Source of the DNA: Nitrospirota bacterium
GTDB taxonomy: Bacteria > Nitrospirota > Thermodesulfovibrionia > Thermodesulfovibrionales > Dissulfurispiraceae
Length of the DNA stretch: 64,000 nt
Direction: 5' to 3'
Assembly (NCBI GenBank): GCA_963790025.1
Contig: CAWBMP010000004.1
Coordinates: 1,408,001 to 1,472,000 of the forward strand
A program made the translations under genes and the position numbers. Each line of letters starts with the position of its first letter. Within the stretch, counting starts at the first letter, position 1. Positions 37,944 to 48,074 of this stretch are shown in pieces. Below the pieces are notes generated by a model. The model worked only from the letters and a program-made list of their open reading frames with translations, had not been told where the DNA came from and made no database searches.

Positions 37944-39326
37944 TCAGGATATTAATTCTTTCAAATGTCTGATGAGTTCGCTCACCGCTGTCTGCGCGCT
38001 GCCGTAGAGCATACGCGTATTTTCTGCATAAAACAACGAGTTGTCGATCCCGGAATAGCCGGTACCTTTGCCGCGCTTAATCACTATTACATTGTGAGCA
38101 CGGTCAGCGTTCAGAATCGGCATGCCATATATGGGGCTCGATTTGTCTGTGCGCGCTGCGGGGTTTACCACGTCATTGGCCCCGATTACGACCGCCACAT
38201 CGGCCTCAGAAAATTCCTGGTTGATCTCGTCCAGATCAAAAATCTTCTCGTAGGGCACGCCCGCTTCAGCCAGAAGTACATTCATATGCCCGGGCATACG
38301 CCCTGCAACCGGATGGATGGCGAATTTGATCTCAATCCCGGCCTCCTCCAGGAGGTCGGTCATTTCCTTGACCTTGCCCTGCGCCCGCCCCACTGCCATG
38401 CCATAACCGGGGATGATTATCACCTTCCGCGCGTAGCGGACCATTACTGCAGCATCCAATGCAGAGATCTCTTTCATAGTCCCGGTTACCCCTGCACTGC
38501 CGGCCAGGACCTCGCCAGTAATCGGTTTGAACAGGATATTTAAGACCGGACGGTTCATTGCCCTGGCCATGAGATTGGTAAGGAGAGAGCCTGCTGCGCC
38601 CACCACAATACCGGCAATTATCAGGGCTGGGTTGTTCAGTACGTAGCCTTCGAACCCTACGGCAAGACCTGTAAAGGCATTGAAAAGCGAAATCACCACG
38701 GGCATGTCGGCGCCTCCTATGGGCATGGTGATAATTGCACCGAGCACGAGCGCTAGTGTGAAAAAAGCTATAATACTTATATTCGTGCCGGAGACAACCA
38801 TATGGAATGCGGCCACAATCGTAAGCGCTGCAAAAGAAATATTCACCGCATTTTGTCCAGGCAGGCGTATGGCCTTTCGTAAGATGCCCTGCAGCTTGGC
38901 AAAGGCGATGCAGGAACCGGAGAACGATACAGTACCGATCAGGGCACCCAGGACCGCCAGCACCGTTGCTGCCGCACTGTGCGCTTCGCCCCGGCCAAGT
39001 TCAAATGCTGCAATAGCAGCAGCGGAGCCGCCCCCCATCCCGTTAAACAGTGCAACCATCTGTGGCATATCAGTCATTCTGACCACCTTTGCCGACCACC
39101 AGGAAATGCTGCCGCCAAGGGCGAGGGCAAGTATGATCAGCGCATAATTGCTCATGCCGGGCCAGGCAAAAGTAACCAGGGTCGCCAGCATCATTCCTGC
39201 TCCGGCCCAGACAATGCCACGTCGCGCAGTCACGGGAGACGACATTCCCTTTAACCCCAATATAAATAGGAACGCTACTACAAAGTAGCTCGAATTGATT
39301 ATGAACCGGAAGCTCATTGCTGTCAT
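37944..39326 (-). CDS. pntB: NAD(P) transhydrogenase beta subunit
   Basis: MPQMVALFNGMGG, GGADMPVVISL, HPVAGRMPGHMNVLLAEA, GANDVVNPAA. Confidence 0.97.
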   Translation of the reverse strand: MTAMSFRFIINSSYFVVAFLFILGLKGMSSPVTARRGIVWAGAGMMLATLVTFAWPGMSNYALIILALALGGSISWWSAKVVRMTDMPQMVALFNGMGGGSAAAIAAFELGRGEAHSAAATVLAVLGALIGTVSFSGSCIAFAKLQGILRKAIRLPGQNAVNISFAALTIVAAFHMVVSGTNISIIAFFTLALVLGAIITMPIGGADMPVVISLFNAFTGLAVGFEGYVLNNPALIIAGIVVGAAGSLLTNLMARAMNRPVLNILFKPITGEVLAGSAGVTGTMKEISALDAAVMVRYARKVIIIPGYGMAVGRAQGKVKEMTDLLEEAGIEIKFAIHPVAGRMPGHMNVLLAEAGVPYEKIFDLDEINQEFSEADVAVVIGANDVVNPAARTDKSSPIYGMPILNADRAHNVIVIKRGKGTGYSGIDNSLFYAENTRMLYGSAQTAVSELIRHLKELIS

Positions 39327-39628
39327 CTTTTAGAGGATTCTTTCGTCTTTCCGCTCTTGAACATGGCGAGCATGCGTTCCGTGACCACATAGCCGCCGGC
39401 GGCATTGGCTGCCCCGAGCAGTACCGCCAGGAAGCCGATAGCCTTCTCAAAAGGCGTTTGCGCCTGTCCTAACACAACCATTGCACCCACCAGCACCACA
39501 CCGTGAATGAAATTCGAGCCTGACATGAGAGGCGTGTGCAGGATTACAGGCACCCGCGATATAACCTCATAACCGGCGAATGCAGCCAACATGAATATAT
39601 AGAGTGCGGCAAAGCCTTCCATAGGCAC
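39323..39628 (-). CDS. pntA: NAD(P) transhydrogenase alpha subunit, part 2
   Basis: LHTPLMSGSNFIHG, GGYVVTERMLAMF. Confidence 0.95.
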   Translation of the reverse strand: MPMEGFAALYIFMLAAFAGYEVISRVPVILHTPLMSGSNFIHGVVLVGAMVVLGQAQTPFEKAIGFLAVLLGAANAAGGYVVTERMLAMFKSGKTKESSKR

Positions 39629-39675
39629 CTCCTTACAAAAATTGCTCCCGATGCTTCGGCATTATGGCACTTTTT

Positions 39676-40800
39676 TCATAATCCCAGTGATCTTCGAGCA
39701 CTTTCATTGCGGACCTGTCCCTCAACGGTGAAGGCGCTCCCCTGAATGATCTCGTCGCTCCAGTCAAGTCTGAGTTCGCCGTCTTTAAGATGAGGGGCTA
39801 AAAAATTAAACAGGTTTCTGGAATACATTTCCGAGGCGTGGACAGGCATGCTGGATGGCAGGTTGACCGGGCCGAAAATAGTGACACCGTCCATGATCAC
39901 TGTCTCGCCTGCCCGTGTGCCGGCCACATTGCCGCCTCCCTCCGCAGCCATGTCCACGATCACAGCACTCCGTTTCATACCAGCCACCATGTCTTCAGTG
40001 ACGATCAGGGGGCTTTTCTTTCCTGGCAAGGCAGCCGTAGTGATCAGTACGTCAACTTGAGAAATTGCCTTCGCGAGTTTTTCTTTCTGGACCTTTTTTT
40101 CCTCTTCCGTCAATTCTCTCGCATACCCGCCGGCTCCGCCCGCAGACATGCCGGCATCTATGAATCTCGCTCCGACTGACTCTGCCTGCTCCCTGGTTTC
40201 ACTACGCACGTCATAAGCTTCAACAATCGCGCCTAGGCGATGGGCAGTCGCTATCGCCTGCAGACCTGCAACTCCCACGCCGATTACAAGCACCCGCGCC
40301 GGGCTCAGAGTCCCGGCTGCGAACGTTATCATAGGGAAGAATTTCGGGCAGTTCCCCGCAGCTATGATTGCACAGAGATAACCGGCCACCGTAGCTTGTG
40401 ACGTAAGAGCATCCATGCTCTGGGCCCGCGAAATACGCGGAATCAATTCGAGAGCAAAGCTGGTTATTTGCTTCTCACACAATAGTCCTGCACGTTCCGG
40501 GTTTTCGAAGGGGTGCAGGAAACCGGTTAGTACAGTGCCCGGGCGCATCGTCCGTATCTCCTCTTTTGTGGGCGCCTGCACCTTGAATATAACCTGAGAT
40601 CTGGCATATACCTCTTCAGCATCCGCCGCAATATCCACTTGCCCGAATTCCTCGTCGCGGAAATGGCTCCCCGAGCCAGCGCCGCGCTCTATACAAATAC
40701 CTGCCCCCAGGGCCTTGAACTTTGAGGCCACTTCGGGCACCAGGGCCACGCGCTTCTCACCCTTAACCGACTCCTTCGGAACTCCTATTATGAGGGCCAT
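39676..40800 (-). CDS. pntA: NAD(P) transhydrogenase alpha subunit, part 1
   Basis: EKRVALVP, PRISRAQSMDALTSQ, GVGVAGLQA. Confidence 0.95.
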   Translation of the reverse strand: MALIIGVPKESVKGEKRVALVPEVASKFKALGAGICIERGAGSGSHFRDEEFGQVDIAADAEEVYARSQVIFKVQAPTKEEIRTMRPGTVLTGFLHPFENPERAGLLCEKQITSFALELIPRISRAQSMDALTSQATVAGYLCAIIAAGNCPKFFPMITFAAGTLSPARVLVIGVGVAGLQAIATAHRLGAIVEAYDVRSETREQAESVGARFIDAGMSAGGAGGYARELTEEEKKVQKEKLAKAISQVDVLITTAALPGKKSPLIVTEDMVAGMKRSAVIVDMAAEGGGNVAGTRAGETVIMDGVTIFGPVNLPSSMPVHASEMYSRNLFNFLAPHLKDGELRLDWSDEIIQGSAFTVEGQVRNESARRSLGL

Positions 40801-41149
40801 AATGAGATCATTATATCACCTTTAGTGCGTTTGGGTATCTCAAGGGCAAATTTCGTCTTTTTACCTTTTATAGAAATTATGAAGTAATATTGATACATTT
40901 ATAAAAAGGCTGCAACTCGGGGGAGAAGGCGGTTGGGACTACCTGACTGTTGATAGTGCAGCAAGGACTTTACAGTGTTCGATATTGAACTTTTACGAAA
41001 CATCAATCAAGTCGCCTGGTAATCAGTAATTCAATTTGTGAGATATTTTGAAGGGTACCGCGCTACAGCTAATATTACTATAGCAATCAATTACTATTGT
41101 AATTGAGGATAAGCTATTGTATACTGGGCTCCAAAAAAATTCCCTAGTC

Positions 41150-41225
41150 GCAAAAAAACACAAACCATTGGTAAAGAGGCGACTGAAAACTTCGGATCTT
41201 ATAACAAAGATGGCCAGACTGTACT
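41150..41225 (+). ncRNA. Degenerate c-di-GMP-I/GEMM-like riboswitch candidate
   Basis: AAACCAT..GTAA..GAC.GAAA..GGATCT..AGATGGCC order resembles GEMM-I; P2 pairing is poor. Confidence 0.35.
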
Positions 41226-41247
41226 ATTAACAAAAGGAGTACATGAT

Positions 41248-42456
41248 ATGACTGAAGGTTCTATTATTGACAAAGGGCTGGATATTGATAATCTTATACC
41301 TAAAGATATCACTCTGAAAGCTGAAAATGTAGGTGTTCTAAAGGCCAATCTCGATTTATTTACGCTAACTGCACTGGCTATTATGGCAGGCGTCTTCATA
41401 TCACTAGGTTCGGCTTTTTTTACTGTAGCGATTGCGGGAAACGGAGTTGCAGGAGCTATTAAACTGCCGGCTGGCATTATAAGGATCGTGGGAGGGATAG
41501 TATTTGGTCTTGGACTCATTTTAGTTGTAATAGCAGGGGCGGAGCTATTCACGGGTAATGTTTTGATTATCATGGCTGCTGCCAGCAAAAAGATAACCAT
41601 CGGCAAGGTGTTAAGAAATTGGTCAGTGGTTTACACAGGTAATTTTATAGGCTCCGTCATAACGGCATACCTGGTATATAAATGCGGCCAGTATAAATTA
41701 CTTGATGGTATTTTCGGTGTGCAGGCTTTGTCAATTGCCAACGGAAAGTGCGCTATGCCTTTTATCGAGGCAATGACGAGGGGGATTTTATGTAACGCCC
41801 TGGTGTGCCTTGCCATTTGGCTCTGTTTTTCCGGTCGCACGGTAGTAGACAAGATTACCGGCATAATCTTTCCTGTTACTGCTTTCGTAGCCATGGGGTT
41901 TGAGCACTGCGTGGCAAATATGTACCTTGTGCCTGTCGGCATCTTTATAAAGACGTATGCCGGTCCAGAATTTTGGCTTGCTACAGGCAAGACCGCCGCA
42001 GAGTTTTCTGTCCTTACATGGAAAAACTTGTTCATCGTCAACCTGCTTCCCGTATCGATCGGTAATACAATAGGCGGTTTTATGATAGGCCTTATGTACT
42101 GGGTGATTTACGATCGATCAAATATTTTAAATACCGAAAATCAAAAGGAGCTGCTCAAGAAACTCATAGGCCGGGGCCGGAGGAAATTTGAACGTCACGA
42201 TGCAGAAGGTGTCGTGACTATATATAGACATTTATCTTCCTTTAAAGGACTGCTAAAAAACATAAGTGAAGGCGGCTTGCTATGTACGCTTGACAAGAAT
42301 GACCTCACTGCCGGCACGTTAGAAAGGATAACGTTAGATATTGAATCGGAAATGGTTTCAGGTCATGAATCGGTTAAAAAAACTATAACGGGATTAAGCG
42401 GCCGTCTGATCAACATCAGTACAGGGGCATCCGATCAGGTGGACATTTCTATTTAA
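41248..42456 (+). CDS. Formate/nitrite transporter fused to a C-terminal PilZ domain (truncated by TAA; frame continues to 42528)
   Basis: GAELFTGN, GILCNALVCLA, FEHCVANMY, GNTIGG; PilZ RRKFER and NISEGG motifs. Confidence 0.88.
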   Translation: MTEGSIIDKGLDIDNLIPKDITLKAENVGVLKANLDLFTLTALAIMAGVFISLGSAFFTVAIAGNGVAGAIKLPAGIIRIVGGIVFGLGLILVVIAGAELFTGNVLIIMAAASKKITIGKVLRNWSVVYTGNFIGSVITAYLVYKCGQYKLLDGIFGVQALSIANGKCAMPFIEAMTRGILCNALVCLAIWLCFSGRTVVDKITGIIFPVTAFVAMGFEHCVANMYLVPVGIFIKTYAGPEFWLATGKTAAEFSVLTWKNLFIVNLLPVSIGNTIGGFMIGLMYWVIYDRSNILNTENQKELLKKLIGRGRRKFERHDAEGVVTIYRHLSSFKGLLKNISEGGLLCTLDKNDLTAGTLERITLDIESEMVSGHESVKKTITGLSGRLINISTGASDQVDISI

Positions 42457-42817
42457 TTTATCGACGTCACGCCGGAAAAAAGAAGAGAGATTATTAATTT
42501 CATTAACTGGATACCCAAAAAGAACTAGAAAACCGGTATATTGTCAGTATCACATTTCGCGAAGTCCGGCTCACTCTTACTTGCTGTGAACTGAGGCCCT
42601 ATGCAAGCCTTTCCAGAAGACATTAATAAAGAATGTGGACAAGACACTTTACAGAGCGAAGATGCAGGGAAAGGACAGAATTAGTTGTCTGAGATGAAAC
42701 GGACCCAAGAATTGGCAGAGAAGCCACGCTATAACATTAATCATGAATTTATAACAAAAAATGTTACCGGGACCATGTTTTTGTCGACCGATACACTCAA
42801 ATATTGACTTATACTCT

Positions 42818-43732
42818 TTATTCACCTCCGTTTTTCTGTTTTTTCTTTTTCTTGCTCAAGCTCGCAACTTGCTCAACCCCGGATAGAAAGAACCGCTCAC
42901 TGAAGCCTGCTGCAAAAGCCAAGACGAGATAGGTTGCTTGCGTATTCTCAGAAGCCGTGACAATCTTTATCACGCCGGATACCTGGATCAGATAGATGAT
43001 CAAACCGCTGGCAGCTCCGATTAAGGGTTTGAGGCACAGCAGGGTCCTGCGAATGTAATAGGCGGAAGAAGGTGCTTCTAGTGATTCCATGGTCGAAAGC
43101 GCGCTAACGAACCCACCGATAGAGCCGAAAACGATAACGGCGAGGATGAATGTCCATGTGACCTTGGGCATTTGAAGAAACTCTGGAACTAGCCAGAGAC
43201 TGCCGCCCAGCAGGCCGCCGAGGATTATGGCGGTGAACAAAAGGCGTGTGCGCAGGAGGTTCACCTTGCGCCAATGGGCATCTCGTGCATCGGCAGTGAG
43301 CAGGGAAAGGCGCTCCATGTCGAAACGGATTTCCTGCATTGGAAGGGCATGGGCATGTCTGTCCTCTTCGTGTTTTGGCAGATGGAGCCGAAGAGACTCT
43401 TCGATCCTGTCGAGATCGCCTTCGTATTGCTTCTGTTCTTCCTTGGCGATGTAAGAAAGACTGCCTCGGATATCTACGACTACCTGGAGAAGATCAGAGA
43501 CAGAGCCAATACGACATATCATATGTCGAATCGTGTGGAGCATCTGCCAAATCTTGTCATAAGCGGAATAAGAAAGAAATATCCGGTGATTAAATGTATC
43601 TTCGGCCTGTTCGAGCCACTTGCGGCATTCCGTAATGTCTTTACCTTCCTGTTTGAGTTTTTCCAGTACAGTATGGATATTCTGGATCTTAACCAGAATC
43701 TGAGGATCCCTGCCTACGCTATGTTTTCGCAT
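42818..43732 (-). CDS. Helical N-domain plus 4-TM membrane protein
   Basis: AAGGAGG RBS; GSIGGFVSAL, KPLIGAASG, AFAAGFSERF. Confidence 0.8.
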   Translation of the reverse strand: MRKHSVGRDPQILVKIQNIHTVLEKLKQEGKDITECRKWLEQAEDTFNHRIFLSYSAYDKIWQMLHTIRHMICRIGSVSDLLQVVVDIRGSLSYIAKEEQKQYEGDLDRIEESLRLHLPKHEEDRHAHALPMQEIRFDMERLSLLTADARDAHWRKVNLLRTRLLFTAIILGGLLGGSLWLVPEFLQMPKVTWTFILAVIVFGSIGGFVSALSTMESLEAPSSAYYIRRTLLCLKPLIGAASGLIIYLIQVSGVIKIVTASENTQATYLVLAFAAGFSERFFLSGVEQVASLSKKKKKQKNGGE

Positions 43733-44059
43733 TGTCTTACCTCCTTTTCCAGTTTTTTTATGATCCCATATGCTGTCGCACAATTTAACAGAAATCGGCC
43801 TTGCAATCCCAGTTTAATTCCTTCATCAACTTTTGTTTTATCATTCTGCTGCGCTGCTGGTTTCCTTGTTCCTGTGTTTTTACTTTCTTTACATCCGGAC
43901 AGCAAAAGGAGAAAAATTGACAGTAATTTGCGCTATCCACAGAGCTGTATAGACACACTCGAATAAAGACCGTCCTCGGATATCTAAAGTTTTATCTGCG
44001 TATCCACTTCCGGAAACAGGGCAAATATTTTATTATTATCTTCTTGTATCACGCTTACG

Positions 44060-44257
44060 CTATGGCGTTTCTTCACTACCGGTACCACCTCTTTTGGTCA
44101 GCGGCACCTCCTCGCTGCCGCTGCCGCCTTTCTTCTTGCGTGCGAGTGACACAGAAATAGCCGATTCGACGTCCGCAGCAGACGCCTTCGGTAGATAATT
44201 TTTAGAAGCCGTATCGTCCTCTTTTCTCCTGCGCAACGGATTACTCTTCTTAGCCAT
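44060..44257 (-). CDS. Small basic hypothetical protein
   Basis: AGGAGGT RBS. Confidence 0.5.
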   Translation of the reverse strand: MAKKSNPLRRRKEDDTASKNYLPKASAADVESAISVSLARKKKGGSGSEEVPLTKRGGTGSEETP

Positions 44258-44300
44258 TTTTGCTACCTCCTATCTGGGTGATGCATCAACCGCATCCTCG

Positions 44301-46652
44301 TCATTTGCCGGGTATGACCGAAAAGTCCTTGGTCTCATCACCGGTTTCCTTGCCGTTCTTCCATCCAACCGCCTTGAATGTGACCTTGTCATCGGGATTT
44401 GCATTCTGAATTTCAAGCGTGAGCACGGTTGCCGCCTTGACCGTGATCTTATCGAGAGCGATCGCTACCGCAGCACCACCGGGATCCTTCGCAGATTTCA
44501 CTTCGGCTCCGCTCCAGGTGAGGACTGCGCTATCGTCCTTGAAATTGTCGAACACCAGCTTGACCGTACCGGCGCCCTTGGCGACCTCGATCTTGTTAGT
44601 GCTCGCCCGAAAGTCAAATCCGGCTTTCGGCTTGGCAGAGGGCGCCTCGGCGAGCAGCAGGTCGAACGCGTGGTCTGCGATCTTGTCGGTGGCACAGCCT
44701 CGTCCGAAAGTGCACAGGCTGGGCTGGACGTACAGATGGCTCTGTTCGAGGACGATTTTTCCGAGCTTCCATTTGGCAGGCGAGGGGAATTGCAGAGCAA
44801 GTGTCCCCGTCGCCGGGTCAGGCCCGATAGTCTCCGCCGGGAATTCGTAGGATTTGCCGGTGCTGTTCATTAGTTGCAGAACCGCCGAAATTCCTCCCGC
44901 TGTTATTCCCGAAACGTTGCGCAGCACGATGTCGAGTTTTTCCTTGCCGTCATCGCGCATCAGTGCGGTTTGCTTCGGAATCACGATATCGGGCGGGACC
45001 GGCAGCTCAAACGAGGCCGACTTGGTCGCACTTTCGACCATGGTCGATGCCAGATATGCCCACAGCGAGTGCAAGTACCCCCCGTTGATACAGGCCAGGC
45101 GATAGTCATTGTCTGCGCTATTCTGAGTTGATTTGTCGTCACGGATCGCGCATTGTTCTTTAGGGAGAGTATCTAAAGCTTTACCTTGAGTCCCAGCCGG
45201 CCTGAGAATAATCTCTCTCGCAGCATCGTAAAACTTCTCATAAGTTGAGGTCTGGATCGGCCCGACCAGCCGTCTGAAGATATTGAGCTTCTCGTCTTGC
45301 GTCTTGAGCGACCAAGCAGCAAACATATTCGGGTAGCGGATCCGCAACGTTCGCTCGAAGGCGCTGTCGACCTCACCAACCAGGCTCAAGTCCTGACGCT
45401 CTTTCAGAAGCACGCCGCTCGACGTATCGCGGAAGTCGGTGTGGGTAATGACGCTCAGGGTGGGTGGTTCCAAGTCATCAGTTTGTGACGTATTCGTCTC
45501 AGAGATCCATGACTTGTTATTCAATACCAGATTCTTCCCTTTAGCGACAAGAGCCGTGGGAGGCGAGTCGGAGCTTCCGCTCGCCCCCGTTTCAAGCGTA
45601 TTGTTCCCCGTGCGAAAATAGGCCTCGGGGACGAGCAGCAGCAACGTGATATCATAGGTGCGCCCAACCAGGCTGTTGCCGCCGGTCGCCTCATTGGCGG
45701 CGCCGAGCCGTATATATATACCGTTGTCGTTCAGGCGAGCGACGGTGAGCAGACTGTTGACGTCGGGGGCCATAACAGACTCGCGATCACGATTTTCAGC
45801 GTTGGCGCCGATGTTTCCGCCAACTCCATGCACCATCAGGTTGACAGCGAGTCCGAGTTGGCGTGCGACTTCGGCCGCGCGTGACTTAATCGCCTGTTCG
45901 AGGTCGTCAGTCACGATTAGTGGGACCACGTAGGGCAATTTGATGCCAGGGATCGGTAGTTGCATTCTTTCCGAGGGAAAGAACTCGACCTGTGCGTGAA
46001 CGTCGTACGGCAAGTGTCGACGATACGGTATGGCGGCAAGCTGCATGCGGACCATATAGGGAATGTACCCTTTGCGCTTCGCAGCGTGTTCGACCTCACG
46101 GTTTATAAGTTGTACTGCCTGGTAAAGGGATGCGGCTGCCCGATACTGCAATAGCGGATCGAGGCCGAGGTCACCGCCGGAAGCCGCGCCCGATGGGAAT
46201 TCTCCGCCTGCCGGTGTACCGCTAGAGACGGTCGGTGCGACTCCTGTTTTTGTGTTCGCCCCAAGTCCGAGTGATACGCCAAAGGCATCAAGAATCTGCT
46301 GTTGGATGCGGGCAGTTACCGGCAGCACCTTCGATAGTGCCGCGTCACCATTAGCGAGGTTGAACTTCGGCTGCATCACGTCGGCGACTTGCTCCCAGCG
46401 GCTGACCGAATTTACCGACAGTAAAACACCGCCGGCCTCGTCTCGATAGTCGACGGTCGAGGGGGTGGAACGCGTGGGCGTCATACTACAGGAGGCCAGC
46501 AGCATCGTCACGGCAAGCGCTACCGGAACTGACGTCAGATAGCGTGGCTTATGTGAACTCATTTTGATAGACGCCAGCCTATCCCAAAAAAGCGAAAACT
46601 GTGGTCTGACTGCAGCTTCGCCAACTGGATTGGCGAGTTTTTCAACATTCAT
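44301..46652 (-). CDS. Large GC-rich putative lipoprotein of unknown function (start 46652 or 46562)
   Basis: Lipobox LLASC; beta-rich C-terminus; visibly higher GC than its neighbours. Confidence 0.75.
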   Translation of the reverse strand: MNVEKLANPVGEAAVRPQFSLFWDRLASIKMSSHKPRYLTSVPVALAVTMLLASCSMTPTRSTPSTVDYRDEAGGVLLSVNSVSRWEQVADVMQPKFNLANGDAALSKVLPVTARIQQQILDAFGVSLGLGANTKTGVAPTVSSGTPAGGEFPSGAASGGDLGLDPLLQYRAAASLYQAVQLINREVEHAAKRKGYIPYMVRMQLAAIPYRRHLPYDVHAQVEFFPSERMQLPIPGIKLPYVVPLIVTDDLEQAIKSRAAEVARQLGLAVNLMVHGVGGNIGANAENRDRESVMAPDVNSLLTVARLNDNGIYIRLGAANEATGGNSLVGRTYDITLLLLVPEAYFRTGNNTLETGASGSSDSPPTALVAKGKNLVLNNKSWISETNTSQTDDLEPPTLSVITHTDFRDTSSGVLLKERQDLSLVGEVDSAFERTLRIRYPNMFAAWSLKTQDEKLNIFRRLVGPIQTSTYEKFYDAAREIILRPAGTQGKALDTLPKEQCAIRDDKSTQNSADNDYRLACINGGYLHSLWAYLASTMVESATKSASFELPVPPDIVIPKQTALMRDDGKEKLDIVLRNVSGITAGGISAVLQLMNSTGKSYEFPAETIGPDPATGTLALQFPSPAKWKLGKIVLEQSHLYVQPSLCTFGRGCATDKIADHAFDLLLAEAPSAKPKAGFDFRASTNKIEVAKGAGTVKLVFDNFKDDSAVLTWSGAEVKSAKDPGGAAVAIALDKITVKAATVLTLEIQNANPDDKVTFKAVGWKNGKETGDETKDFSVIPGK

Positions 46653-46683
46653 CTGTTCCCTCCCCGAAATACTTTTTTCTGCA

Positions 46684-46749
46684 GCGCAACGAATAAGCTC
46701 CCGGGGAGGCGTGAGCAGCGCGCCGATGCAGTGAAGCACTTCGTTAGCT
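46684..46749 (+). other. Degenerate attC-like inverted repeat
   Basis: GCGCAAC...GTTAGCT ends, 66 bp; outer dyad GCAGC(G)CAACGAA / TTCGTTAGCTGC. Confidence 0.3.
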
Positions 46750-47213
46750 GCTGTCAGTATTAAAATAGGCTCTATTTTTTTAACTTATACCACATTTTAG
46801 CGTCGAGATCAACTTTCAATAAAAACAATAAGATATAAATGGTCCTGCTTCTTAAAATGCCTGTAATCTGTGTCTCCGACAAAATTAAGACAATTATTAA
46901 TAGAATAGGATAAGAAGGGACGATATCCTCAAGCTTACCTTTAGGTAGACAGTCTTAAAACAGAGTTTCCGACATGTTGCTCCATATATAAGCCGCCGTC
47001 AAATCGCCAGGCGCGCAATCATAATGGTGACGTTACGCTAATTACAAGCGGCACAGTTTTGGAGTTAGAGGTCCGTTCGAAATCAAGGTTTTTCAGTGGC
47101 CACTCCCGCCGCACGACAAAAGTTCTCTGAAAAAAATTCGCACAACCGCATAAGAGCATTTATAATAGAAGATGTTGCTTTTGGTTCAGAAACGTTATCA
47201 TAGGAGTTGAATC

Positions 47214-47546
47214 ATGGTGAGAAAACAACGGATAACATTCAGGAAGTCCGCAGTGAAACAGCCAGGCCAGGGCAAAACAGCTGCTGAAATCGTCAAAGAG
47301 TTAAAAGAGGGCAGCGCTCCGACTTCCAATTACAGGGAGCAATCCCTGAAAATCCATGGCCTGGTTTGTGCGAAATGCGGAAGAGATTTCGATTTCAATA
47401 ACCGGCATCTTCTTACGGTCCACCATAAAGACGGGAACCATCATAACAACCCCCCTGATGGCTCTAACTGGGAGAATCTTTGTATCTATTGTCATGACGA
47501 CGAACACAGCAGAGGGCTACTTGGAGACTACTTGAGGGGTAAATAA
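47214..47546 (+). CDS. yajD: YajD-family HNH nuclease
   Basis: YREQSLKI...CAKCGR...LTVHHKDGNHHNNPPDGSNWENLCIYCHDDEHSR. Confidence 0.9.
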   Translation: MVRKQRITFRKSAVKQPGQGKTAAEIVKELKEGSAPTSNYREQSLKIHGLVCAKCGRDFDFNNRHLLTVHHKDGNHHNNPPDGSNWENLCIYCHDDEHSRGLLGDYLRGK

Positions 47547-47562
47547 CCGGTAGATCGGAGCT

Positions 47563-47856
47563 ATGCAAAAAAAAGATACTGAACAGATAATGCGGGAATT
47601 CGGTTTGCGCCGTGACCGCCAGCTTTTGGCTATAGCAATTGCCCTGGTTTTACTTGTATTTCTTGCCTTGCTTCCTAACCGTCCCGATCTGATGGGAGAA
47701 TTCTCAAAAAATAATATTGTTTCAGCACAGTTTGTTATCATCGTCGCGTTTATCGGTTTCAGCGCCTTTAACTGGAGATGTCCCTCATGTAACAAATATC
47801 TGGGCACTGATATCAAAAGACGTATATGCAATAAGTGCAAAACCAGATTACGGTAG
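47563..47856 (+). CDS. 2-TM protein with C-terminal Zn ribbon
   Basis: NWRCPSCNKYLG...CNKC. Confidence 0.75.
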   Translation: MQKKDTEQIMREFGLRRDRQLLAIAIALVLLVFLALLPNRPDLMGEFSKNNIVSAQFVIIVAFIGFSAFNWRCPSCNKYLGTDIKRRICNKCKTRLR

Positions 47857-47873
47857 AAGGGTAAGGAGCAACT

Positions 47874-48074
47874 ATGGCAAAGTATACGGCACCTATTGAC
47901 GAAGACACACGGCAGAGGATTCTTGCATTACCGGGAACAGTAAAATTCTCAGCCTTTATGCGTAAGGCAATAGAGGTATTTGTTGAGGAGCTTGAGAAAG
48001 ACCCTGACCTGGAGCCTGAGAATTTTATGATCACTGTCACAGCCCGGAAAGATGCCTCAGATAAAAAAAGATAA
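47874..48074 (+). CDS. Small RHH-like hypothetical protein
   Basis: AAGGAG RBS; FSAFMRKAIE. Confidence 0.55.
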   Translation: MAKYTAPIDEDTRQRILALPGTVKFSAFMRKAIEVFVEELEKDPDLEPENFMITVTARKDASDKKR

